The notes below the pieces were generated by a model, which was not told the origin of the DNA, did not search any database, and worked only from the letters and a program-made list of their open reading frames with translations. From Squalus acanthias (Eukaryota), in contig CM059432.1 of the NCBI GenBank assembly GCA_030390025.1, positions 127,846,001 to 127,910,000 of the forward strand: a stretch of DNA of 64,000 bases, written 5' to 3'. Below are positions 48,874 to 62,574 of this stretch, piece after piece. Numbering within the stretch: the stretch's first letter is position 1; every line of letters begins with the position of its first letter. A program made the translations under genes and the position numbers.

Positions 48874-51800
48874 CTTAGCTCTGTTCTTTCCACAGTTTAG
48901 TGAATATTGAGCATATGGCTATTTGTGTCCTTTGGGCTTCTGATTCTAGCCTTTTGTATAATCCCCTCTGTCCATCATTAGTCATAGACCCTTTAGCCAA
49001 CTTGGCTCTACTCTCTGGAGCTCTCTTACTAAACCCCTCTGCCTCGCTACCACTTCTCTCAGCTTTAAAAGCCTTCTCAAAGGCTGTCTTTTTGATCATG
49101 TTTTTGGTCTTTTCTCCTAATCCTTGCTTGGTGTCTCTTTGTCCTCTTGTCGTGCCTTGGAAAATTAATAGCATTAAAGGCAATATATAAATGCAAGTTG
49201 TTATTGTTTAGTAACACAGAGTCTGTACTTTGTCATTTAATGCTGTTTGGATCAGATTATCCACAGATGTAGTCATATCTAATTTATGTCAAATTATGCT
49301 ATTACAAACCTCGCTCCCTACTTTCAGCTGAAGCTCAATTATATGCAGTAGTTAGCAGAGGAGATTAGCTCTCCTTAAAGTGATTCCTTGATGAAGATTC
49401 CAGTATTATGTCTCTTCCCACTTAATGTCTAGCAATTTTGTGCATATTTGTGGTTAAAAGTCTTGTAGCTCACTTAGAACTGTATATTTAAAAGCTGTGA
49501 ATCAATGTATAATCAATGCTCTGATACTTCATTGTAGCAGTTCCAGTTAATTGATTCTTCAGTAATCTATATGAACCTTGTGATTAATATTCAGTTGTAC
49601 TACCAATGTATTGTATGGAGAATTTAAACTAGGTCTTGTTTTATTACTTAGTTTTAATAACACACACAACTTCATGATTACAGAAAAAGGTTAAATGTGG
49701 ACATTGTACTTGTAATTAGTGGAGTAGTCATCACTATTCCTGTGCTCTCATAATGTCTGGCTATATTGTGCACATGTATGGTTAAAAGTTCTGTGACTGA
49801 CTTACTGACTGACGTACATTTAAAAGTTGAGAATCAGTATGTAACCATGGCCCTGATATTTAATGTGTTTGTTTACTATTATCAAAATGTGTGACATTTA
49901 GTTCAAATATCAATTGGAGTTGGGGGAAGTGTGTGTTGCAGGCTGTGCCTCAGCTCCTATGAATATTTGAATGAGTTGGTGCATTGAGAAAATGGCTGCA
50001 ACGGCGATATAGCAATGAACGCTATAAGTTCGACCATTGTGTTCCATGTTCCTCCAGTGGCAAATTTACACCAAATTTTGCTTGGAACACGTTGCAGCAA
50101 ACAAAGCGGCAACTCAAGCAGTGCAGCCAATGAATATCTCTGCAGCATTGGGAATGGGCAAAGGCATCAAGTATTCTCTCCTGAAACAGTTCATCTCAAA
50201 AAGTACTGTAGTAAAAGGAAATGCTTTTGTGTAACAGTTGAACTAGCACATATTAACTATTCTACTTGGATTTAAAAAAACAAAGTACCTGATAAAATAT
50301 GCATTGCATTACTATTTAAATTCAGTGCCCTGGAATTCAGTGCAAAACAATCTTGCATTATTTAGGCGTTTCATCAGCATATACAAGTCTCTGTTGCTTT
50401 GTTTAAAACAAGTGAAATATAGCAATATAAATCAATGTAACTGACAAGTCACTGAATATTGTATAAATAGTAAATAATGTGATAAATTTCCCTAGGGGGT
50501 GGGATGCATCTGTGTGCACACGATTGACAATCAAACAGGCCAATGAAATGTTGCATGTAGTTTCTAGCAACGTTTCATTAAATAATTTGTCCATTTAGAG
50601 TGCTGTATGGGTGGGCTTGAAATTGACCTGTGTTGATCAGTGACAGAAACTGAATGGAGCTGAGCTGCTGCAGTCGCACAAGGACAAGCACAGACTCGCT
50701 GCTTTTTGCCTTTTGATTTAAATCCGATTCACCTAATCAGCCACTTGCTTACTGCTACGGCCAGATTTCTGAAGGTGAATGCGTTAAGTACAATATATCT
50801 GTAAAATTGAGAGGGTGTGGTGTAAATAAAATGCAACACCGTGAAATGGTTATGAATTTAAATAGAAGGCATGAGCATTTTACTGGGCTACTGATAGTAA
50901 TTAGAGGTGTAAAAGCGATGTTATCCATACCCATGATCGCTTGTAGAAACGAAAATCCCGAATGAGCTGTTTCCATCACGAGCCGCTTTGTCAGACCTGC
51001 TGCTCTGGAAGAAAATTGATTTTTTTTTTAAGCAGTCTCTTCAAAACAATTCAATTGCAATTGCAAAGTATGGACCTTATCATTTGAGCTAATTAATTCA
51101 AATATAGGTTTATTTACATCAATATTCTGCATTTAAAACCAAAATATTCATGATTTTTTTTCTATTCCTGTTATACCAAACATACTGAGCCCAGTAACGC
51201 ATTTCTGTAACAGACTAACTGGCAGTGATGATCAAAGTAGCGTTAATCCATCAAATTTACGATCACCATTGATACTAATGGGGTGGAGTTATTATAATTA
51301 ATTTAAATGTTTTGATGAGGGTCTCAGCGGGGCGGCGCAAAAATGTTAGGAAATTACGGCGTGTCTTTAGTAATGGAGTAAGTTACTTATGCCATAATGT
51401 CCTGGGACTTTTATGTCGTAAAATGTAGATGCGCCGCAGATCTCTAGGAAATTCTGGGCCAATGAATTTTGTATGGAAGCGATTGTAGAGGCCCAGAAAT
51501 TACCATACAATTATTTGGAATTTTACATTGAGTTGTAAAATAACTCGATTTAAACTTCATTAAATCACTCATTAGAATCTACATTTTCTGATTTAAAAAA
51601 AAAAAAAATTCCTTTTCCTTTTCTCCTGTCTGGCCTTATGCCTGCAGCCAAGGTGTTTGGCAGCCAGCAAACATCCAGCCACTGTCAAAGCAGGCCACTT
51701 CAACAAGTGTGACTTTTCCTTCTGATTTTCCCTCCCCTTGTTTGGAGATGCCACAGCTGCCTCTTGATGCATCAAAGAATGGGAAATGAATCAAGCATGT

Positions 51801-51898
51801 GTCTGTGCTCGCTGTTTTTTGTACACATTGGAGAATCTGAATTAAGAGGAAGTAGATCTTTACGTCACATTTCAGGGTTGTCAATTTCATGTTTCTAT

Positions 51899-52193
51899 GG
51901 GCCAGAAATTCGGTTTTCCGGCTTCCTGCGGGTGCAAGCATCGCGCGCATACTTACCTACCGCGCCTACTGTTGTGTTTTGGGCCCACGAGAACTTCGGG
52001 TCCTGGGCCTCCTCCAACTGCCGGCGCGCAGTGCTTGCGTGTCCCAGGGGCACAGTTAGTTCGAAGCGTCCCCTGGGATCATGTGGGCCATGGAGAGCCA
52101 ATCCTAGCAGGGTATGCAGGAAACTGGCACTTCAAGTGGCCTTGGGTGAGTACACAGCGCGTACTCACCCGACAAGTGCCGAATTTCTGGGCC
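51899..52193. mobile_element. 295-bp CpG-rich MITE
   Basis: TIRs GGGCCAGAAATTCGG / CCGAATTTCTGGGCC (14/15). Flanks are TAT and AAT. Internal hairpin GGGTGAGTAC...GTACTCACCC. Confidence 0.7.
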
Positions 52194-52449
52194 AATGTGT
52201 TCCATTTTCAAAGTTTGACATCTTCAAATGCCTGATCTTCGAAAAGCCAATGGTCTTAAGAGGTCCATTCTGCTTCGTTGACAAATGCATGGCCTATAAC
52301 CCAGCATATTTTTCAGCTGTTTCACCCCGTTTGCTGAGGTTTTTTCTGGGTACCCTATTGATTTTCAGGCTAATACCCTGCAATTTTTGTGAAGTAGTCC
52401 AGTCTGATTGTCTGAGAAACCCTTGATTGTCTGCCTCAGCATATCCACC

Positions 52450-53400
52450 TATTGGGACTAGCAGTGGTAACTGCTATAGTACCTGAGCTAATTCTTCCAG
52501 AACAGGAAAAGGATGACTTCTATTCAAGGTATTTCCTAGTTCCCAACAAATTAGTAGGATACTATCTCTTCCTAGATTTGAGAGCTTTAAATAAATTCCT
52601 CAGGAAGGCAAAAATCAAGATGGCAACACTACTTGTCATTGAGGCAGTGTGTCCCAAGAGACTAGCTGGCTGTAGTGAATCTCAAAGATGCCTACTTTCA
52701 CATCTTCATCCCACTTATTGTAGGTTCATTATTCATTGTGCCGAGTGCAACCTTTCAGCTTTTCCTCAGTGCCTTCAGCTTGTTGACAAAATACACATCT
52801 ATTGTTGCATCTCATTTCAGGCTGTTAGACTTGCCTGTCTGTCTCCTGGAAATTAATGTTTCTGTATATTTCCTTCATTACCCCTGATTACCAGAGTAGG
52901 ATAGAAGATTAGAGAAGAGGGAGTGAAGGTGCTACTGGTAACCCCTACTGGCCTTGCAAACTGTAGTTCCCTGATATCTTGGTGTTGAGTAGTGCCTACT
53001 TAATCTTGCTACTGCACAGGAGAGACTTCTCTCAATTGTCATTTCACACCCTACACCCAGGCCCAGCTGCGTTTTATTTGACAGCCTGGCTTTTGAGTGA
53101 GTACGATTGCTGGCTAAGGTCATGTGCTGTAAATAAACTACCCTCAAATCAATCTTCTAATACCAATGGAACAAATATGTTCAGAGGTAGTCTAAAACTG
53201 TTGTTCTTCTCCTATGGTGTGTCTTCCATTTGAGAGTACTTATAACATCTTCTCAATTTGAGACTGAAACCCAGTTCTATTCATGTTTATCTTGCTGCAG
53301 TTTTGATCTTCCATGATCCTCTTGTTCATTGGGAGTATACCTTTTAGTGTACCATTTTATAAAAGCTATCTAGAAATTAAAATCCTGGCAGTTCACCGCT
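52450..53400 (+). mobile_element. DIRS-like (tyrosine recombinase) retrotransposon remnant
   Basis: FYSRYFLVP.K...LDLRALNKFL....KM.TL and LKDAYFHI are DIRS-type RT motifs. LTAWLL and LKPSSIHVYLAA follow in DIRS order. Confidence 0.7.
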
Positions 53401-53469
53401 AGTCCTAATGTCCTTTTTTCGAACCTCTGGGTATGTGTGAATGAATATCTGTAGTAAAAGATTCAGGTT

Positions 53470-53725
53470 TTCAGCTTTGGCTTAGTGGTAGCACTTGTGC
53501 CTCTGAGTCAGAAGGTTATGGCTTCAAGTCCCTCTGTAGGACTTGAGTATATAATCTAGGCTGACACTTCAGTGCAGTACCGAGTGAGTGGTGCACTTTT
53601 GGAGGTGCTGTCTTTCGGATGAGACATTAAACGAAGGCCCTGTCAGGTGGACATAAAAGATTGTATGACACGTTTGAAGACGAGTTGGTGAGCTTTCCCG
53701 GTTTCCTGGTCAATACTTATCCCTC
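53470..53725 (+). mobile_element. Deu-domain SINE, 5' portion with tRNA head
   Basis: TGGCTTAGTGGTAGCAC...CCTCTGAGTCAGAAGGTT...GGAGGTGCTGTCTTTCGGATGAGAC. Confidence 0.8.
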
Positions 53726-54819
53726 CTCTCTCTTCTTCCCACCCTCACTGGTTTCAGTACACACAGTCAGATCTAAACACTAGTCATTGATCTGCCTTAT
53801 TTAATTAGCACTCTGAGTTCTTACAACATCTGTTTCCTGGCAAAGATAGTTTAACTTTTCTGTTTAGGTCAATAAACTGTAATTCCTCACTGTATCCCTC
53901 CTCGCAGATCAGCAGTAGAACACTGCTTCCACAGTGTGGATGCTTTTAGGGCATTGACTATACTAATTCTGTTTGGCAGACTGGACAACTTTCCATTATG
54001 TATATCTAGCCTTTGGCCCTCCATTCGTCACAATACTTTTGCAGCTGTCGATTTTCTCAACCACTTCCTCTCCCCCACCTTTGCTGCCCTTGTCCTCAAT
54101 GAAACCTTTACTTGTTCCCACCATGGTTGTTCCCCCTGAAATGGCCTCCATCTTCACTCCCTCAAATCCAAAGGACTTGTATCTGGCGCACAACTGTTGT
54201 GGGGTTGAAAGGGGGATGTGGATTATGAGGGATACAAGATAGGGTAAAAGATGGCCTTGTTTGTGATCGAGACTGAGAGTAGTCAGGCCACAGGAGATGG
54301 AAGGTTGAGGGCGTGGCTGTGCATATGGGTGGGAGAGGTGTGGAAGGACAAGAGGGTAGTGAATTCAGATGAGAAGGGGGCAAGGGAAGTTTAGCTGGAG
54401 ATGGAAATCACTGAGGCTGAGGAGTCGCTCTGTCACTCCTATTGGACCATGATAACCCCTTCCAGTGCTCCCAGACATCACAATTGCCTCTTCCAGTGCT
54501 CCTACCTCCTGCACTATATGCAAGACTTTTAAGTGTCAGAACTACTTCCAAAATACCTTTTTTGTCTCACTTTGCTAATTTGCTTTGAACCAATCAGAAC
54601 TGAAGAGGTAGGAAATGTAACAATTGAGATTGAGGAAGGCAGCTATCAATGAGAAATTACTAAGGATTTATGAAAACCAGCATTAGTCATGAGAACCTAC
54701 AAATAAAACAAAGCAGAAGGTGAACCAATTCAATCACATGAAAGCAATGTCCAAGTCCTTTCAATCAACATTTTCTCCTCCTAACTGAAATTTGTAAATG
54801 CCTAAATGAGGTTTTACAT

Positions 54820-56615
54820 AACATAAGAAATAGGAGCAGGATTAGGCCCTTTGAGCCTGCTCTGCCATTCAATAAGATCATAGCTGATCTTCTACCTCAT
54901 TTCCACTTTCCAGAACTATTCCCATATCCCTTGATTCCCTTAATATTCAAAAATCTATCGATCTCTGTCTTAAATATATTCAACGACTGAGCCTCCACAG
55001 CCCTCTGGGATAGAGAATTCCAAAGATTCACCACCCTGTGAGTGAAGAAATTTCTCCTCATCTCAGTCCTAAATGGCCGACCCCTTATTCTGAGACTGTG
55101 ACTCCTGGTTCTAGACTCCCTAGCCAGGGGAAACATCTACCCTGTTAACAGATTTTGTCAAACACGATTTCCCTTTCATAAATCCGTGTTGACTCTGCCC
55201 AATCCTATTATTATTTTCTAAGTGCCCTGTTACCACCTCCTTTTAATAATAGATTCTAGCATTTTCCCTACTAATGTCAGGCTAACTGGTCTGTAGTTCC
55301 CCGTTTTCTCTCTTCCCTCCTTTCTTAAATAGTGGGTTACATTTGCTACCTTCCAATCCGCGGGAACCGTTCTTGAATTTTGGAAAATGACAATCAATGC
55401 ATTCACTATCTCTATAGCCAACTCTTTCAAAACCCTAGGATGTCGGCCATCAGGTCCAGGGGATTTATCAGCTTTCAGTCCCATTAATTTCTCCAGTACT
55501 ACTTCTTTACTAATACTAATTTCTTTCAGTTCCTCATTTTTGCGTCGTCTTTCCTGAAGACAGACACGATAGTATTTGTTTACTTTTTCTGCCATTTCCT
55601 TATTCCTCATTATAATTTCTCCTGTCTCAGCCTGTAAGGGACCCACATTTACTTTTGCTAATCTTTTCCTTTTTACATACCTATAGAAGCTTTTACAGTC
55701 TGTTTTTATGTCTCTCGCTAGTTTAATCATTCTATTTTCCCTTTCTTTATCAATTTCTTGGTCCTCCTTTGCTGAATTCTAAAATCCTCCCAATCCTCAG
55801 GCTTACTACTCTTTTAGCAGCATTATAAGCCTCTTCCTTTGATCTAATACTATCTTTAACTTCTCTTGTTAGCCACGGTTGGACCACTTTTCCTGTGGGG
55901 GTTTTTGTACCTTAAAGGAATGTATATTTGTTGTAAATTATGTATTAATTCTTTAAATGCTAGCCATTGCTCGTCCACTGTCATACCTTTTTAATGTAGT
56001 TTCCCAATCTTCCTTGGCCAACTCACCCCTCATACCTACGTAGTTTGCTTTGTTTAGATTTAAGACCCTAGTTTTGGATTTAACTAAATCACTTTCAAAC
56101 TCGATATAAAATTCTATCATATTATGGTCACTCTTCTCTAAAGGCCCCTTTACTACAAGGTTATTAATTAACACTTTCTCGTTGCACAATACTAGATCTA
56201 AAATAGCCTGTTCCCTAGTTGGTTCCTCAACATACTGATCTAGAAAACTATCTTGCATATATTACATGAATTCGTCCTCCACACTATTACTGCAAATTTA
56301 GTTTGCCCAGTCTATATGTAGATTGCAGTCCCCCATGATTACTGTATTACCCTTGTTACATGCACCTCTAATTTCCTGATTTATACTCTACCCTACATTA
56401 CAACTACTGTTTGGGGGCCTATAAACAACTCCCACCAATGTTTTCTGCCCCATGCTGTTTCTTAGCTCCACCCAAACTGATTCTACTTCTTGATTTTTGG
56501 AGCCAAGATCCTTTCTCTCTCCTGTCTTTATCCCATCCTTTATCAGGGCTACTCCTCCTCCTTTTCCATTTTGCCTATCCCTTCTAAAAGTTATGTATCC
56601 TGGAATATTTAGTTC
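54820..56615 (-). mobile_element. CR1 LINE with APE remnant and an internal deletion of most of the RT
   Basis: PGYITFRRDR..KGGGVAL, VVYRPPN, PTREQAILDLVL, GNYRPVSLT and SQHGF, then a jump (~55140) directly to MFPLARESRTR and the 3' UTR. Confidence 0.9.
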
Positions 56616-57644
56616 CCAAACACACACAATACACATTTCACACTGAAGTATACCCATAGAATTGTATTTTTTGTCCTTTAATACCTTCATTAAAGTTTTT
56701 ACTTCAAGACTGTCTCAAAACAATTGGGAGTTGCCAACCACACCTGTCAGTCTGAGCATGTGCAGTTTGCAGAATTGTCTAGCATACATCAGTGGCTTTC
56801 ATCCTGGATTTTTCAAATAGAAGCTTTGTCTCTTCATTTTGTTACAGCATTTCTATGTTTCTTAAGTTTGTATACGACCTGGAAAGTTTTTAAACACTAG
56901 GTTCAAGTAATCTTGGAGCAAGCAAGAATCAGTGCAGAAGCAGTTGTGATAGCTATTGCAGAAGCTAAGCACATATTTAATCATGTTGTTGAGAAATATA
57001 TTTTTCTGTGTTTCGTTATCCTGGTAAACTTGAATTTTAAAAACTTTTCAGTTAAGCAGAACAGACTAAGTCACCTGTGCAACCTTTGCGTTTGAGAACC
57101 TAATTACAGCACCCGTGTTAGCAATTGTAAGCATTCAAATTAATTACAGCTGTTTTTGTTATGTTGTTTTGTTACAGCAACCAGTATTAAAGCGATTTTT
57201 GCTTTTAAACCCTGGCTTGCAGCCCAGTAACACTATGTGGGGCACAGACAGCTTGCAACATGCTGGAATGACTCTTCCAGGCCCTTCTCCCCTTCACTGC
57301 TGTTAGACGCTGCCCAACTCGCATAATAGATAATTCACAATCCTGTCTTAATATCTTCATTAAAGTGTATGCTTCAAGGCTTCAGCTGTATTTTTTGGTG
57401 AGGGTTGCGAGGAGAAATGTGGCCCTGAGCGGCTTCCTTCCCGTCACCTATTCTCCATCACTCATACTCTTCCATCCCCTCCCATCGACTTGAACCCATT
57501 GTGACCCCCCACCCCTTTGACTTCCCACCATCCCCTTCCCCTTCCTACCATCTTTTCACTCCCATTGCTGACCTTATCCTGTCCCCTTTGAACTACTTCC
57601 TGACGTCGTATCCACTGTATGCTTCCCTTCTTCCTCACTCAACT

Positions 57645-60125
57645 TTCTTTTATTCATTCACGGGATGTGGGCGTCGCTGTCAAGGCCAGCATTTATTGCC
57701 GATCCCTAATTACCCTTGAGAAAGTAGTGTTGAGCTGCCTTCTTGAACTGCTGCAGTCCATGTGGTAAAGGTTCTCTCAGTGCTGTTAGGTAGGGAGTTC
57801 CAGGATTTTGACCCAGCGATAATGAAGGAACGGTGATATATTTACAAGTCAGGATGGTGTGTGACTTGGAGGGGAACTTGCAGGTGCAAGTGTTCCCATG
57901 CGCCTGCTGCCCTTGTCCTTCTAGGTGGAAGAGGTCACGAGTTTGGGAGGCGCTGTCAAAAAAGCCGTGGCAAGTTGCTGCAGTGCAACTTGTAGATAGT
58001 ACACACTGTAGCCACGATACGGCGATGGTGGAGGGAGTGAATGTTTAAGGTGGTGGATTGGGTGCCAATCAAGCCGGCTGCTTTGTTCTGTATGGTGTCA
58101 AGCTTCGAGTGTTGTTGGAGCTACACCTCATCCAGGCAAGTGGAGAGTATTCCATCACACTCCTGACTTGTGCCTTGTAGATGGTGGAAAGGCTTTGGGA
58201 GTCAGGAGGTGAGTCACTTGCTGCAGAATACCCAGCCTCTGAGCTGCTCTTCTAGCCACAGTATTTATGTGGCTGGTCCAGTTAAGTTTCTGGTCATTGC
58301 TGACCCCCAGGATGTTGATGGAGGAGGATTCAATGATGGTAATGCCATTGAATAGGAACAGGAGTAGGCTTTTGAGCCCCTCAAGCCTGTTTCACCATTC
58401 AATGAGATCATGGCTGATCTGCGAACTAACTCCATATACCTACATTTGGCCCAAATCCCTTAATACCTTTGGTCAACAAAAAGCTATCAATCTCCGATTT
58501 AAAATTAACAATTGATCTCGCGTCAATTGCTGTTTGTGGAAGAGAGTTCCAAACTTCTACCACCCTTTGTATGTTGAAGTGTTTCCTAATTTCACTCCTG
58601 ATAGGTCTGGCTCTAATTTTTAGATTATGCCCCCTAGTCCTAGTGGTAGTTAGACCTTTTTCTTGTTGGAGATAGTCATTGCCTGGCACTTGTGAATGTT
58701 ACTTGCCACTTAGTAGCCCAAGCCTGAATGTTGTCCAGGCCCTGCTGCATTCGGGCACGGACTGTTTCATTATCTAAGGATTTGAGAATGGAACTGAACA
58801 CTCTGCAATCATCAGCGAACAGCGAACATCCCCACTTCTGACCGAATGATGGAGGGAAGGTCATTGATGAAGCAGCTGAAGATAGTTGGGCCTAGGACAC
58901 TGCCCCGAGGAACTCCTGTAGCGATGTCCTGGGGCTGAGATGATTGGCCTCCAACAACAACAACCATCTTCCTTTGTGCTAGGTATGACTCCAGCCAGTG
59001 GAGAGTTTTCCCCTTTGATTTCCATTGACTTCAGTTTTACCAGGGCTCCTTGATGCCACACTCAGTCAAATGCTACCTCGATGTCAAGGGCAGCCACTCA
59101 CACCTCGCTTCTAGAATTAAGCACTTTCGTCCATGTTGGGACCAAGGCTGTAATGAAGTCTGGAGCTTAGTGGTCCTAGTGGAATCCAAAAACTAAGCAT
59201 CAGTGTGCAGGTTATTGGTGAGTAAGTGCCGCTTGATAGCACTGTCGACAACACCTTTCATCACTTTGCCGATGATTTAGAGTAGGCTGATGGGATGGTA
59301 ATTGGCCAGGTTGGATTTGTCCTGCTTTTTGTGGATAGGGCACACTTGGACAATTTTCTACTTTGTCGGGTAGATGCCAGTGCTGTAGCTGTACTGGAAC
59401 AGCTTGGCTAGAGGCGGGGCTAGTTCTGGAGCACACGTCCTCCGCACTACAGCTGGGATGTTGTTGGGGCCCATAGCCTTTGCTGTATCCAGTGTGCTCA
59501 GTCATTGCCTGATATCATGTGGAGTGAATAGAATTGGCTGAAGATTGGCTTCTGTGGTGGTGGGGTCCTCAGGAGGAAGCCAAGATGGATCATTCACTCT
59601 CCACTTCTGGATGAAGATGGTTGTGAACACTTCAGCCACGTCTTTTGCACTTGCATGCTGGGCTCCATCACTGAGGATGGGGATGTTCATGGAGCCTCCT
59701 CCTCCCGTTAGTTGTTTATTTGTCCACCACCATTCACGACAGATGTAGCAGGACTGCAGAGCTTTGATCTGATCTGTTGGTTGTGGAATCACTTGGCTCT
59801 GTCTATAGCTTCCGCTGTTTAGCATGCATCTTATGTTATAGCTTCACCAGGTTGGTACCTCATTTTTAGGTACGCCTGGTGCCGCTCCTGTCATGCTCTT
59901 CTACACTCCTCATTGAACCGGAGTTGGTCCCCTGGCTTGATTGTAATGGTAGTGTGAGGAATATGCTGGGCCATGAGGTTACAGATTGTGGTGGAATACA
60001 TATTTACTACTGCTAATGACCCACAGCACCTCATTGATGCCCAGTTTTGAGCTGCTAGATCTGATCTGAATCTATTCCATTTAGCACAGTGGTAGTGCCA
60101 CACAACACGATGGAGGGTGTCCTCA
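57645..60125 (-). mobile_element. LINE of the 38318-40895 family, interrupted by a CR1 3' fragment (~58350-58643)
   Basis: GGGSMNIPIL, WHQGALVKLKSM, LFADD, TEDTLHRVVWHY are shared with the + strand copy. The inserted piece reads TRGHNLKIR...QRVVEVWNSLP. Confidence 0.9.
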
Positions 60126-60744
60126 GTCACCTTACCCCTAACACTCATTCCCACTCGATTTCCCCCATGGGTGGGCAGCAAGAAGCCTCAATTCTTGCTC
60201 CTCTTTTCTCTTAAACCCCCCCCGCCCCTTGCCTTCAATCTATTTCTGACAGAGGTTTGGTTTGGTTTGCTGAGCTAATTCAATTTTTTTTTTTAGAAAC
60301 CAAATTAGGGTGGGGATCGACACTCTGTCTCTCTGTTTCTTCCTCTCTTTCTATGTGTTTTGAGAAAAAAGACATTCAATATTAATATTACCTGAACAAA
60401 ACTTTTGAAATTTGTCATTAACTTTTTCTTAAAATAATTTTGAGAAACAACTGAGCAGAAACGTAAAAAATATTCCAGCAGTTCAGCTAATTGGCATTGA
60501 GGAATTCTGGGATCTGTTAATTTTTGTCTGATTACGCTTCTGTGAAGCGCCTTGGAAAGTTGTTCTATGCTAAAGGTGCTTGTATAAATGGAAGTTGTTG
60601 TACTAACCCATTACGTGGATGATTGAAAGCACAGACCTATATCCTACCATTCAGTGGAGTACTCTTATAAATTATTTCAAACTTATCATGTTGAATTTAT
60701 AGGAGCTTAATTATACTGGGGTAATAGATGCACATACATACTGG

Positions 60745-61115
60745 GTATGGTACCATAATGTGGTTGTTACTGGACTAATAATTCAGAGAACATGAGTTCA
60801 AATTCCACCATGGCAGTTTGAGAATTTGAATTCATTAAAAAAAATAATAATAAACCGGGAAATAAAAAGCTGGTATCAGTAAAAGCTACCGTGAAGCTGT
60901 CTGATTGTCGGAAAAAGCCAGCTGGTTTATTAATGTCCTTTTTAGGGAAGGAAACGTTTCGTATGCTTCCCTTCTTCCTCACTTTGTTACTCCAGTCCCA
61001 CACCAACATGGTTGATTTTTAATTGCCCTCTGAAGTGTCGAGTAAGTCACTTGTTAATGATGACCAACAAATTGTGGCCTTGCCAGTGATGCCCAGATCC
61101 CAAGAATGAATAAAG
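60745..61115 (+). mobile_element. tRNA-derived SINE sharing its 3' end with the 38318-family LINE; second copy ~62065-62362
   Basis: TTACTGGACTA.TAAT.CAGAG...GAGTTCAAAT head. Tail GGCCTTGCCAG.GA.GCCCA.ATCCC.GAATGAA matches 40850-40885. Confidence 0.75.
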
Positions 61116-62574
61116 CAAATGAATGTTTAAGGGTTAACTCCCTTGTATTTTACTTTATGGACATCTTTTGATAATTTTTCTGTTCAAGTTTATTAGTTCA
61201 TATCAACGATGATTAACACAACTAAAACCATGCTAAATTAATTGAAACTGTAAATACGTATTTAAATTAAGATATACTAACATAGCAGAACCCCAATTTC
61301 TGAAGCGCAATAGTTTCACTTGCGGAAAATACATTTTTGCTTACATTTGTGATGCCTGTAAAATGTTGCTTGATATGTGTGAATTTTTAAACCACTGGTT
61401 TATTTGAAGTTGTATTTTTTCCATAAGGGTCATTAGTTTTTGACAGCTTAACTGACTCAGCCTTGAGGTTGTAAGTTGTGCACTCTGGTTTGTAATTTGG
61501 TAAACCACAGAGTCTCATTGTGTATTTTAGAATTTGTGAAAGTAGGCTATTGACAGTTTTTTAAAGAAAATCTGGAAGTTGTGCAGACTTTCACACAACT
61601 GCTATTCACATTACTAAGCTGTAGTAACATTGGACTACATTAATATAACACAAGTGCAATAACTGACGAGAGCAGTTATATGAAAAACAATTCCCTTTGA
61701 TGTTGGGAAGTATATAATAAGCTACATCTTCCAACTGGTATCACCGATACCCCACTGTTGTCTGTTAGTTATATTCATGCTTGTAAAGAACTGCTGTGAC
61801 TCACCATCACTAATGGATAGTTTTGTTTTAAATTTTAAATTTAACCTTCATTTTCAGTGTTCCACTTTTTGCAGGTTCCACTTTTTGCAGGTTCCACCTC
61901 TTAAGGGTCGATGGGATGAATTATTTATGCAAATTGAGCTTTTTATGGGCAAATAGCAGTATGCTAGGTTGAAGTCTATTTTTTCCATGAGTCACAGTAA
62001 CCCATCCAGCAAAATATTTGAGGATCGCTGAAACCATATTGCTATGATTTGGTGTACTAAACATGGGGTACGGTAGCATAGTGGTTATGTTACTGGACTA
62101 GTAATCCAGAGGCCTGGACTATTGATCCAGAGACATGAGTTCAAATCCCACATGAGTTCAAGTTGGGGAATTTAAATTTAAAAAAAAAAGCTAGTATCAG
62201 TAATGGTATCGTATCACTGATGTCCTTTATCTGCTGGTCTGGCCTACATGTGACTCCAGACTCTTAACTGCCCTCTGCCACTCGGTTGTATTCAAGGGCA
62301 ATTAGGGATGGACAATAAATGCTGGCATTGCCGGCGACGTCCATATCCCGTGAATGAACAAAGAATTTGACCCCTCAGCTCCATCTTTGCTGTCAGACTG
62401 ACATTCAGTTTTGGATGATCCGTAACTTCCTGCTAAACAAGATCTCCTCCTGTCATAAACTCCCTATCCTCAACATCAGCTCCATACACTGTCTCAGGCT
62501 GAACCAGACTGTTCGCAACTTTGACTAAACTGAGCTTCCGACCCCATATCCTCTCCATCACAAAACACTACCTT

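Noticed and set aside
51764..52426. 220-aa ORF
   Set aside because: Spans a MITE and flanking decayed sequence; chimeric and without motifs.
61860..61897. 16-bp tandem duplication TTCCACTTTTTGCAGG resembling repeated splice acceptors
   Set aside because: The following sequence does not encode the expected next ASAP1 residues; likely local slippage.
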